A stretch of 61,413 nucleotides of DNA, counting the filler. It is 7 parts of 7 records of this genome, joined end to end, with 100 filler letters (N's around TTAATTAATTAA, not from the genome) between each part and the next. Parts side by side here need not be neighbours in the genome. Positions count along the whole stretch, not along the records: positions 47,019 to 51,237 come from SRR15195285_745; positions 51,338 to 55,503 come from SRR15195285_747; positions 55,604 to 61,413 come from SRR15195285_752; 4 more parts are not named here. One strand, given 5' to 3'. The translations under genes and the position numbers were made by a program. Positions 47,586 to 58,600 of this stretch are shown one piece after another. The stretch's first letter is position 1. Each line of letters opens with the position of its first letter. Under the pieces are notes generated by a model, which saw nothing but the letters and a program-made list of their open reading frames with translations, was not told the origin of the DNA and made no database searches.

Positions 47586-50572
47586 ATGCCTCACCACGCA
47601 CGCCTTCGCTCTGTCCTTTCGGCAGTGAGCCGCCCACAGGTGGCCGAGGCCGCTCAGGCGCGGGCTGCGCCGTCCGCTGACCTGGCCGTACGTGCGCCAG
47701 CCGCGGAGAGCGATGCGGATCCGCCGCTGCTGCTGACCGCCTCGCAGCTCAAGGGATGGATTGCACGCGGGTACATCGCGTTGCCTGTCACAGCTCTGCC
47801 GAAGGCCTTTCACGACCAGTTCCATGGAGCCACAGAGGCACAGAAAAGAAGTGCTGGATCTGGTCGAGGCAACGACGAGCTCGCAGCCGCTGTAGACGCT
47901 GTCCTGAGCTCGAAAGTGACGCGCGGTGCCCTGACCAGCATTCTTGGACCGGGGTTCGTGGGCAACGTGCCCGGCGCCGGTGGTTCAGCTGGGTCCAACG
48001 ACCAGGACCAGGGCTATCACAGTATGTCGCTCGCCGCTTGGTCAATATTGCGACTTCTATGCTGTGTTATTATCTGCTGAGTTCTGAAAAGCACGGGCTG
48101 TGTTGCTTGCGTATCTCTGAACACTCCGCCACGTGCGTGCGCAGAGGACAACAGCTCGAACTGTGCAGTTCGCGACATCATGACTCCTCGGCAAATTAGC
48201 ATGTTCTACTACCCTGGGAAAGTTGGACCCAACGACGGCCCAACGTGCTTCCTCCCCGGCACGCAGTATCTGGCCCTCGACCGCGAAGGTCTAGGGCAAG
48301 GAGAGGAACGGCTAGACCCGCACATGTTGCCTCCTAAAGCTCCTACTGAGTGGTATGATGCCATCTCCGGGTTTACAGACTCGCGACCCAATTCATACGA
48401 GGAGACAGACCAGCGACGCGTGGCTGGAATGCAGCTCCTTGGGCTGCCAGGCCTTCAGGAGAAGCCGATGACAATCTCAGAAGAGGACCGTGGCATGATC
48501 GTCATGTGCGTCCATGATTGGCTGTGTTGCTCTGAACGTGCAGCGTCCTGCTTAATTTGCTCTGTGCTCTGTGGTGTAAGAGATGCTGTTGACTGACCGA
48601 ATACACGCAATTGCTGATGCCTCGACGCAGCTGGCACAATGATATTTTCCATCGCCGGTCTCGTCAACGCCATCCGTTGCTTCAAACTTATCCAGCCCCA
48701 CAAGGTCACGACTACTCTGACCAGGCTGAATTTCCAGGCTCCGGAATCACTTTCCGACCGTGCTTACTCCGAGGAGCTATGATCATGTCAACATTTCCTT
48801 GCAGCATCTATTGGGGGGTGAAGCACACGTTTTGTGGAGGTAACTCTGTTTTGTTGTCGGTGCAGGTATGTCCGGATGGGTTTCTTTCGAGCCGCAGAGC
48901 CGACTGTCCCAAGCTGGCTGGAGGACGACGTAGGTGATGATGGATGGGCAGAACCAGCTGCACCGACTGGCCTTACGCCCCAAGAGGTTGAGAATGCTGC
49001 TAGCTCACTTTGGCAGCCGCGGAAGGAGTGGCTAGCGGATGGCTATGGCCGCAGCACACTTTATGAACGCAGCGCTGAGGAGGTGAATGCACTCGCACAG
49101 AAGTTGCATGACGCGTCGGAGGCTGCACGAATGACTGCGGCAGGACAGCTCGCGCACACCAGTGGATGCCATGGCATCGAACCCCTCGTTTCGGAGATGC
49201 GCAGAGCCATGGAAGCACCTGCACGCGCAGCCACGTACGGTTTGGCAGCAGCTGGCGATGCCGCTGTTCCTCCGCTAATCGCCCTGCTTGAAGGGACCGC
49301 AGCTCCGGTACCATCTGGCTCCGCGAGTAGTTCCATTTCAACTGACCGGCCGTTGTACCGCAAGGACAAGATTGCCTATGCCCTCGGACGTGCTGCTACG
49401 ACAGCGGACAGTATCACCAACGCAGTCGATGCTCTTGCGGTAGCGTGAGATCCTCAAAGTTCTCCCACTGTGTTGCTGTCAACCATCCGTCTGAAATCTG
49501 GTGACGCAGGTGCGCGCGTGCATCTGCGGAGACGACAATGCTTACAGAAAACTTGTCTCCAGTTGAGGTTGAGGAGGCAGCAAAGTATGCAATGAGTGGT
49601 GGGCGAGGTTATGGAGGCGACTGCTACGCTGGAAGAGTCATTCCAGATCAACGCTCAGACGATGCACGTGGCCTGCTCATGGAATCTGCGCGTTCTCTGG
49701 GAATCCTAGGTGAGTAGCGCTCAGAATACAGGCAGTAGGACTGTGTTTTGTGGATGCCGCCGTAATCTCAGATGATTGGTCGTGTCGTAGGCTCGAAGGC
49801 TTGCCGACTTCAGATGAGCGCTCTCGTGGTGCAGATTGCGCGGCTGCTGATGCCGCTGGTAAACGAAGCAGACATAGGTGCACTGCTGCCGAGCCGTCAC
49901 GTGAGTCTCTCTCTCTCTGCAGGTGCACTGTCCCGTAGTAGTTGGTTTTCTTTCAAGGCTCTACAGATGACGACATGACTGCGTCAGCATGCGCAGACAA
50001 AACATACTGTGTGCCATTGTAGACAGTCATCTCAGCCTGAGCTCACTCGATGTTTCTGTGCTGCTCGATCGCAGTCGAATGTTGATTTGGTGCAGTCAAA
50101 TGCGGCATTGGCGATGCTTAACATGGTGTCAACGGCAGACTGTCCAGCCGCACTGCTATCGTCTGCGCGCGAAGGGCTGGAGGTGACACTTCCTACTTTC
50201 GCCAGGCTGCAACGGGAAGGAGACGTGGTTGGCAACCACAAACATCCAAAGCTGATGGACAGCGATGGCAAGCCTTTGCTTCCCTCAGCAATGACAGCTG
50301 GAAAGACTCGGGAGTACGTGAACCTGTGTCCAACACTACCGAGGTAGAGCTTTCAGTTGCGAATAGTTGTGTTGGCGACAGTTGTTGACAGCATTCGCGG
50401 ATGGAGCAGGTACTTGCAACTTGCAGTGTCACGTCTACACTGGCTTGTGGAGGCAGGCAAGGCAAACGAGGCACACGCCGCAATCCTCAGAGAGTGTCAA
50501 GAAAGTGGCAGCTCTGATTTGTGGGGAGTCGTGAACGCGGCAACGCTGGCTCAACCTGTAATCTCTCGATGA
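47586..50572 (+). CDS. PhyH-like Fe(II)/2-oxoglutarate dioxygenase with C-terminal HEAT-like helical region (~744 aa); exons 47586-48021, 48145-48505, 48631-48759, 48866-49444, 49510-49709, 49791-49900, 50075-50313, 50392-50572
   Basis: LLTASQLKGWIARGY start; splicing creates QGYHKD (HxD), FYYP..DGPTCFLPGT and WHNDIFHRR (distal His); ARAATYGLAAAGDAAVPPLIALL is HEAT-like; all seven introns are in phase. Confidence 0.82.
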
Positions 50573-50848
50573 CTGTTTTGTACACCGAGAATGCTGCCAA
50601 AATGCCGCGAATGTTCATCTGGAATGTGTTGTTCATTTTTCATCCACTGCCCACACACTGCACTCTCAGCGCCCTGGGTCCAACTCTCTGCTTCGAAATG
50701 TTCGAATTTCATCTGGCTGATCGTGCGTCCAACGCCGACCACGGTTAGTGGTTCAAGACTTTTCCTTGACCGCGTCCCGGTTGAGCGAACAACGTCATAG
50801 TCACCACGGCGAATAATTATACCGTTGAGATCGACCGCCTCATTTCAT

Positions 50849-51237
50849 TCACTCACGATCGTCCACATGCTGACGATCGTCCACATGCTGTCTCTTGCGC
50901 TTCTTGAGCCCTGGATCCTCCCCACCGCAAGCTGGGCTGCCACCGTCGCACCAGTACCCACACTTGTGCGCAACAACGCTGATTGCTACGTCGGGCAATA
51001 CGCACGTGCCTATGAGCTCAATCACGTCCCGTGGCAACGCCGAGAGGGCGCCCACAGAACAGCCCAAGGGCGTTGGCAACGTGCACGTAGCCAACGTCAC
51101 GCGCAATTTCGCGCAGTGCAACGCGATATTCGTTGTGGTTATCCACTGTAACGCTCGATGACGGTTTAGCTCTGCCGCAGCACACCGGAGGGCCCTGCCG
51201 TCCTGCACCACAGCTGCGAGCACAATCTCGCGGTCGC
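50849..51237 (-). CDS. 3' fragment of a DUF4116-repeat protein (cut by contig end)
   Basis: DREIVLAAVVQDGRALRCAAAEL matches the DUF4116 repeat pattern; downstream LSALPRDVIELIG. Confidence 0.65.
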
Positions 51238-51337
51238 NNNNNNNNNNNNNNNNNNNNNNNNNNNNNNNNNNNNNNNNNNNNTTAATTAATTAANNNNNNN
51301 NNNNNNNNNNNNNNNNNNNNNNNNNNNNNNNNNNNNN
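51238..51337. other. Synthetic contig linker
   Basis: N44-TTAATTAATTAA-N44. Confidence 0.98.
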
Positions 51338-51905
51338 GCCGGAGGGGTATGGGGGCCAGCTGCAAAGGCGTTCTTCCGGGGGTGCCTAGCGTTGGCGGAT
51401 AACGACTGTATGGCTGACTAGTTCGGCCGTTACCTTCCGCCCCTGTTGCGCTTGAGCCGCTGCCCGACGCTCGCCGAAAGGTCCATAAATATTTACATTC
51501 GCCGAACGCCGATTACTGGCTAGTACGGTAATAATATGGCACATCACGGTATGTACCGGTACGGTATCATATGGTAGCGCGCGGCATATCGATACGGTAT
51601 CGTACTACCGTATATATATATACACGCCTTCGCTCGCGCGTGCGTGCGTCGGTCGCGGCCCGCGGTGTCGCCGCCGCCGCGGTGCCCCCCCGCGCGCGGG
51701 CGCCCCGTGGGTGGAGCCTGGAGCGGGAGCGTTTCTGCTCTGCATCAGTCGAGCATATGACTACCTGGTACACGTATGTGAGAACAGGCTGACTGCGTGG
51801 GCGGCGGCGGCCTTCCGGTAGTACCCGGTAGTGAAAAAGTCCCTGTGGCTGGTCTGTGGTTGTTCATACTCACCTGCTGGAAAAAGCGTACAGGTGCAGG
51901 CTGCA

Positions 51906-53514
51906 ATGACAGACGGTGGCATGCGCGAGTGGGTCGAGTCGTTAGGCATTCGCGAGGCCTCCGCGGTCGACGCAGTCGTTAAGATGTGCCACAGCCAAGG
52001 TTACAAAAGCCCAAGCGAGGCAGCCGGCACTGCGACGAAGCGGAAATTTTCCGAGTCCAAGCTGAAGGAGCTTCTCGCAGGGCAGAAGATGAATGTTCGG
52101 AAGAAGTTTTACAACGGCCTGGAAAGGCTCGGCGGCCGAGATGGTGCTGGTGTGCCCGGAGATTTGCTCGCTAGCCCAGACGCACCCGTCGACAGTGCCG
52201 GTAGTGTTCCTGACAACCACACTGGAGCGCTCAAACTCCCGAGCATGCTCCCAAGTGCCCTGCCAGACCCTTCCGGCTTAGCATCGTCGAATGCGTCGCC
52301 GGCAATAGGAGTCCAATCCACGGCACGTCCTCAAAGCCCGACCGTCGGAGCTCGCTCGCCTAGCCCTGACTGGGGCTCTGGGGACCGAGCATTGGTCAAG
52401 GAGATTTTTGAGATTTTCAACACAAGCCGTGACGGTCGTTTAAACCATCCACAGTATGCCGCATTCTGTGCTGCAACTGAAGCCGGCGCGAGCTGCAGCG
52501 ATGATCGGTGGCAAAAGGTGAAGCTCTCATTGTGTAGCGCGCGTGTGGTTTCTGTCAGCCCATCGCGTATCTCGCTGGGTGACCATGCCGTTTTGCACGC
52601 TCGCAGCACGTCAAGTCGATCCGCAGTGCTGTGCAGAAGCATAGCCAGTCGAGCAACGGAGGAGGTGTCAGCCCTCCCACCAGCATAGAAGAAGATCAAG
52701 AGCATGGGCTCAGCCTCGAAGAGTTCTCAATGCTATACTTTGCCCCAGCACTAAAGAAACACTACGGCCAGGCTGCTCAGGATCTGGCTTTAGCGAAGGC
52801 GCCAACTCCCGTGAGATTTATTCCAACACATTGCCCATCTTGACTGTCCCTCAAAGAAGGTAACAAAAGAGCCATACCTAATGATTTTTCAACAGAAGTC
52901 TGTGCAACGAGATGTCTTTGGCGGTGGAGAATGGACTGTAGAATCATCTACGTCTACTGCAGGTGGTAGTGCGTTGACTTGGCAAGGCTCCAGTTTTTTT
53001 GACGACAACGCTTGGAATTCTGACGGGTGTTTGTTTGAATGCAGAGGCTTCGCCTTCGCCTCGACCAAGAAATGAGAGTGCGCGGACGGTGGTCGTAGAC
53101 GGATTGCAGTCGATGAACGCGAGCCTCGAGAGCGAGGAGAAAGTGCTGAGACACTTCCAAACCTTTGGTGTGGCGCCTGTTCATCCCAATCCTTACATGC
53201 CCGAGTTTGTCCTGTACACACACAGCTTGTGGCCTTCTCTATGCTCAGCCTAGCAGCTCCTGCCGATTTGAATTGCATTTTAGACGGGCCTAAATTAATG
53301 TTTCTTTTTTGCAGGAAAACTAGAAGCTGAGCGATCGCAGCTTCGCCCACCCAGCGTATCTGTGGTGTTCTTCGACCCGCTGTCTGCACAGAAAGCGATA
53401 TTTATTGGGGAGAACATGGCGATGTCCCTCGGTGGACACGCGATCACGTTGTCACTGTTGAGCGAAGATGGTGAGGGCAATGATGCTGCAGCGAAGCGGC
53501 GAAAGCTAGGGTAG
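51906..53514 (+). CDS. Protein with SAM-like N-terminus, EF-hand and C-terminal RRM-like domain; exons 51906-52517, 52607-52810, 52896-~52962, 53045-53167, 53315-53514
   Basis: MREWVESLGI; IFEIFNTSRDGRLNHPQY (EF-hand); RTVVVDGL..EEKVLRHFQTFGKL..VVFFDPLSAQKAI (RRM-like); terminal AKRRKL; introns in phase. Confidence 0.68.
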
Positions 53515-53855
53515 ACGGGTAGAAACCGTTGCAGTAGAGGGACAGACAGAGAGCGCGAGAGAGAGGACGGAATCAAGACAAGACGACCATGAATGTACTA
53601 CAGCAACATTCTTCTGTCTATATGGATAACAAATCGCGCTGGTGCGCGAATGCTCACTATCAATCCCGCGATCCTGCCCTCTCTGCGCGACATTTCTCAT
53701 GCAGACGTGCCTTGTCCCCGCACAGCTCAGACAACAAATCGTGTGGCGGACGGATCGCCGGCGCGGAAGGCGCGACAGTCATTTTCCCTGTCACACGATA
53801 ATGCTACTCTCAGCTTTGCGCAATCTACGCTTGTAGCTGGCAAATGCCAACACAT

Positions 53856-55393
53856 TCATCGCCAGGGACGTCCGTGCGCTCGGTTCCCAAGGAAGCGCAT
53901 CGCCGTCTCCATCTTTTGCGCACAACGCGGGCACGTGCTGCCATTCGCCTGCTTCCTGTGTGCGTGGGCACAAAGTATGCGTAGCATCAGCAGACGATGT
54001 AGGCGCTGAAGATTATTATGCTGCCGAATGAGCGCACTCAGCGTGCCAGTGCTACTACGCGGCGCTGAACTTACCGCTGGAACTACCCCATTAGTCACCA
54101 CCGGAAGCACGAAGAGCCGCACGAGATCACTCAGCATCGCGCGAATGAGCGGCGTGATTGCCTTCTCATCTGGATGGTCCGGATCGTTTGTGTATGCATA
54201 CAGGTTCGGAGGGCAGTTTGCTTCGATCAGCCATGGGGTACCGTCCGCATCTGCGATAATATCGGCGCCAATATGGCAGAAGTGATCAGCACTGAGCTGC
54301 CTTGCCATGAATGGAGCCACACACCTGCAACATGACAAACGACTTGTGAGCGCAGCATCTCACGCTGTTCGCCAGTAACAGCTCAACACATTCACGTCGG
54401 TACCTACCGCGCGAGGTCAGCGAACAACGCAATCAGGTTCTTCCAGACGACCGGATACTCAGCTTCGAGGTCGACCTGGGGGTACCGGTGAAACTGGCTG
54501 GCATCGTGGATATTCTGCGAGCAATTGGTAATATGAACCTCTTTGTCAAACCCGTTCCCGTCGCCGGTGCCACTGCTGGTGCCCGAGGAGGATGCATCGT
54601 ACGCTGTGCCGAAGGGTTTGTTAGCCACATGAGCAAACGCATTGCGGTAGATATAGAAGTCCATCGTAGCCGTAAGCACCACGTAACACCGGAAGTGGAA
54701 CTTGCAGCCATCGGGCCAGAGCAGCGGGCGCTCCACGTACTTCTGGACCACGTAGACAATCGGGCCAGCCCCGGAGCGGGCGTTGCTGCTGTGCTGCTCG
54801 ACCTGAGAAACGGTCTCCATCCAGTTATCGTGCGCCAAAACCCATAGGCCATCGCCACCGTTTCCCCCAGCATCCTTTACCATCCACATCCCGTCTCCAC
54901 CGCCTTCCCCGAACTGACGCTGGCACCAATGTGCTAATCGCGCCGGCGTCTCGCACACGTAACTCTCCAGCGTAGGGACCTCCATCCGCTGCTGCAGCAG
55001 CGCCAAGTTCCTCTTGTCTTCCATGACCTCAAACCCACTCAGCAGGCTGCAGACGGTCGCAGATTCGCGCAGCTTCTCGGTCGCCTTCGTGGCTTTATGC
55101 AGCCAGACAAAGTCAGCCACTTCGCCGGCTGCCACCTCTTCGGCAGATAGTGCTCGGAAATACCCGCTGAAAACCTCTTCAATAAGGTTCGGGATGCGCG
55201 ATATCTCATGTGGTGAGACGTAAAACGTGTGCTTCGGGCCGTCACAGGGCTCGGAGTGCTGCATTTCGACAGCAGCAGCGTTCTCAGCGCGCGAACCGTT
55301 TGCTCTCGTGCAGGCTCGCCACGCCAGTGTTAGGCCCAAGCCAAGGCCTGCCATCACAGCCACCGTCCTGCTGCGATCCACGGGGATCGCCAT
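53856..55393 (-). CDS. Tubulin-tyrosine-ligase (TTL/TTLL) family ATP-grasp protein; exons 55393-54408, 54324-~53856
   Basis: WMVKDAGGNGGDG, VVQKYVERPLL..KFHFRCYV, HITN, GADIIAD..PWLIEANCPP; the 3' end is uncertain. Confidence 0.88.
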
Positions 55394-55503
55394 GGCCTGA
55401 TCCAGCTGCGAGGTCACGGGGGCCCAAGCAAGCAAGCGCGTTCGCGAGTCAGCGTAGCTGCGTGCTATTTACGCGACTGAATGCTGAACGTGCAGGAGGC
55501 GAC

Positions 55504-55603
55504 NNNNNNNNNNNNNNNNNNNNNNNNNNNNNNNNNNNNNNNNNNNNTTAATTAATTAANNNNNNNNNNNNNNNNNNNNNNNNNNNNNNNNNNNNNNNNN
55601 NNN
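55504..55603. other. Synthetic contig linker
   Basis: N44-TTAATTAATTAA-N44. Confidence 0.98.
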
Positions 55604-58600
55604 TGGCTCCGGCTCAGGCTCCGGCTCCGGCTCAAGCAACGGCTGCGCCTGTTCGCGCGGCAGCAACGGCTCCTCATCGCCATCGTGATGATGTGGACCA
55701 CTGAACTTGGCGCGCAAGCCGTCGAGCAAGGCTGCCTCCTCCTCCGTGGTCAGTTGCATCGTTTGAACGAACCTCTTGCGTGCCACTCGTGCCGCGGTGT
55801 TGAAACGAGGGCTGCTGCTACTGTCGCCCTGACCTCTGGCCTTCACCATCAGTTCAAAGTCGCCTAGCTCGGACCACTCCAACGAGTCTCCGGCAGGCGC
55901 AGCGCAGCGCCCAAGCCCAATTTCATGCAGCCAGCGCTGCACATCCGTCAGCCCCGTGTCAGCTGCCGACTCTCGCCAGATCTCGATCCGCGCCGACGCG
56001 TCGTCTGGGAAAAATCGTGCGGCAACCTGACGGAACGAGGGGCGCTTGTCCGGGCGCGTCTGCCAGCACTGCTCGATGGCATGCTGCCAATGAGCTTCGC
56101 AGCCACTAGGTATCGCGGGACGTATGCCCTGCTTAGCCCAGACCGGGATTACCACAGCAATCGCCGGCCGGCCATGGGCCGCTGCCTCCCACGCTTCGGC
56201 AAGATCCACACGCGGTGAGACCATCTCCCACAAGATCAAGCCAAACGAATACACGTCCGCCTTGGTTGTCACGGCGGATTTGGCTTTTGTGCGCTGTAGG
56301 ATCTCCGGTGCCATGTAGAAACCCGTTCCTGGCGTCTCGGCGCGCCCGAGTGAGACCTCGCGTGGCCTGTCCCTGCTGTCCCTGCTGTCCCTGCTGTCCC
56401 TGCCACCGTCTCGGTTCGATGAGGCACCACGCTGCAGCTCATCGCTGAGCTGCTCCACAGCGGCACGGGTCAATCCAAAATCAGCAAGCTTGGGTCGTAA
56501 GCCGTCCATCCTGTGTTACATTGCACACCGACACGCATACATACCGAGTTAGTTGCAGTACCAATGTGCCATATAGTGGTGGCTGAGCGATGTAATAGTG
56601 CAGACAAAACTTACAGGATATTACAGGACTTTAGGTCCATATGCGCTACACTCTTGTGGAGATGGAGGAAGAGCATACCAGAGACAATCCCGGCTGCAAT
56701 CGAGGCTCGCGTGGAAATAGGCACCGGTTGCTGCTCCCACAGGAACTGATGCAGTGTTAAACCAAGATATTCCATCACCATCCCATCTTGAGGCACAGAG
56801 GTGGAATCGAAGATTCCTCGCGTGACGCCAAGGCACTGCACCACATTCGGGTGTTGCGACCCCAGGCTGAACTCGATCTCGTTGCTCCAGTCAGAGTCAG
56901 AGCTCCGCGAGGAGGTGTAGCGCCCTGTACCGTCATCAGTCATGTGGACGGTCTTCACGGCCACAGTCTTGCCGCCACTGCTCCAAATGCCCCTCCAGAC
57001 GTCTCCGAAAGCACCACTTGTGATTTTTCGCAGGCCACTCAGGTCTTCGAAATCGATAGGCCTGTGGTGACTTGTGGGCCGGAGAGGTGCGTGGTCGTAC
57101 CGTGCCGCCCCAAGGGCCTCCAAAATCTTCTGAATCGACACACGCCTGAAGACTAAATCTTTATAGTATGGAATTACCGCACCAAAGTTGGAACTGCGAA
57201 TCGCCGATGCGACGTCAATGTAAGCAGCTTCAATACGCTGCGCGCTGGTCATGTCAGCAACTGCCGCCCGCCAGCCATGCTTGTCGTCGTAATCCTGCCA
57301 ACCGTGCCGCATATCTGTCTCACCCACCCAAACAAGGCGCACATCGTGCTCGATGCAGCGCTGCAGCATACTCAGCACCCCATCCACATTAAACAGAAGC
57401 TCGGTCAAGTACACCATCACTATTGAACCAGGGGGTGGATCGACACCGTCCACAAGCGTGCGAGAGAAACGCCCTTGCAGCGATGGACAGCAGCCAATTA
57501 GTTCTCGCTCGATGGCTGCCGTTTGACCAGCACCTCTTCGTGGGTGGTGCACAACGAAGACAGACGGCGGATCCTCAAAATCAAAGGTCACGGGTGCTGC
57601 CGCTGGCGGCACTCGTCCAAGTTTCTTGATCAGTTCTGCGAGGCTCACCGTGTGAAAGTCTGCATCGTTGATATACCAAGGTACTGCAGCATCACTGAAG
57701 ATCTCCACCAGGCCTTCCCCATCGTCATCACCGACAGACTGCGCAACATCTTCAAAGAAGGTGCCGAACGATGGCACCGCGCCGTCTCCGTCTTGCTTCC
57801 ACAGCAACACAATTGTCTTCTGGTAGTGCATGGCCCACCGTATCTCCTTCCTGCAAAATTCTCTGAGTAGCACTCCTTCAGTCAAATACAGTACAAAGTA
57901 CTGGTTGTCTCTGACACCTGTGCGCATGCCTTCAACCGAGGGATCTTCGTCCTTGTCATACCATATCATGCCTGCAAGCTCTGGAATAGTATCTTCAAGC
58001 TCCAGTTTCAAAGCCATCACGTCTGGGCCGTGCACTTGATAGTGTGACAGGAAGACACCGGGCTGTGCTGTAGCTTGGGCTCGCTCCGCCAGAGCCGCGG
58101 CGATGAGGTTGATTCGCGAAGATCCAAGTGGAGAATCTGTGGTTTCCAGCTGCAGCTGCTCTGATGCCGTTTCCATTACCTCTTGGTTCTTCATCTCCAA
58201 GGGCAGCGCCAGCTCCTCACGGATCCACGCCAGCGTCCGCACATCTGCTGCGGACAAATCCCAGCCCATTTCGATTCGAATCTCCGCTACTACGTTGTTT
58301 AAGTTTCGCATTTCCTGCCCTGACGCCAAGCCAACCATGGCACGCTGGAACTGTTTCTGAGTAGCCACGTCGGTATCCTCATGCTCTGTCTGACCAGCAG
58401 TGTCGTGCAGATGACACAGAAGGTCTAGCTTGGAAATCATTACGGCTATGAAAGCCAGAGGCACCAAGGCAACCAGAAAGAACATAAGTATCCAGGCTAC
58501 CAAAGACGTATCCAATGCAGCAAGACGATCACCGGGCATCTGGGAGATCAGTCCACCAAGAAGAAAGATGAATATGTGCAGTTCGCATAGTAGGCGAAGG

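Noticed and set aside
27720-55603. Six identical TTAATTAATTAA motifs inside N runs as a biological repeat
   Set aside because: Fixed 100-nt format with six-frame stops is an artificial join; gene neighbourhoods across linkers carry no meaning.
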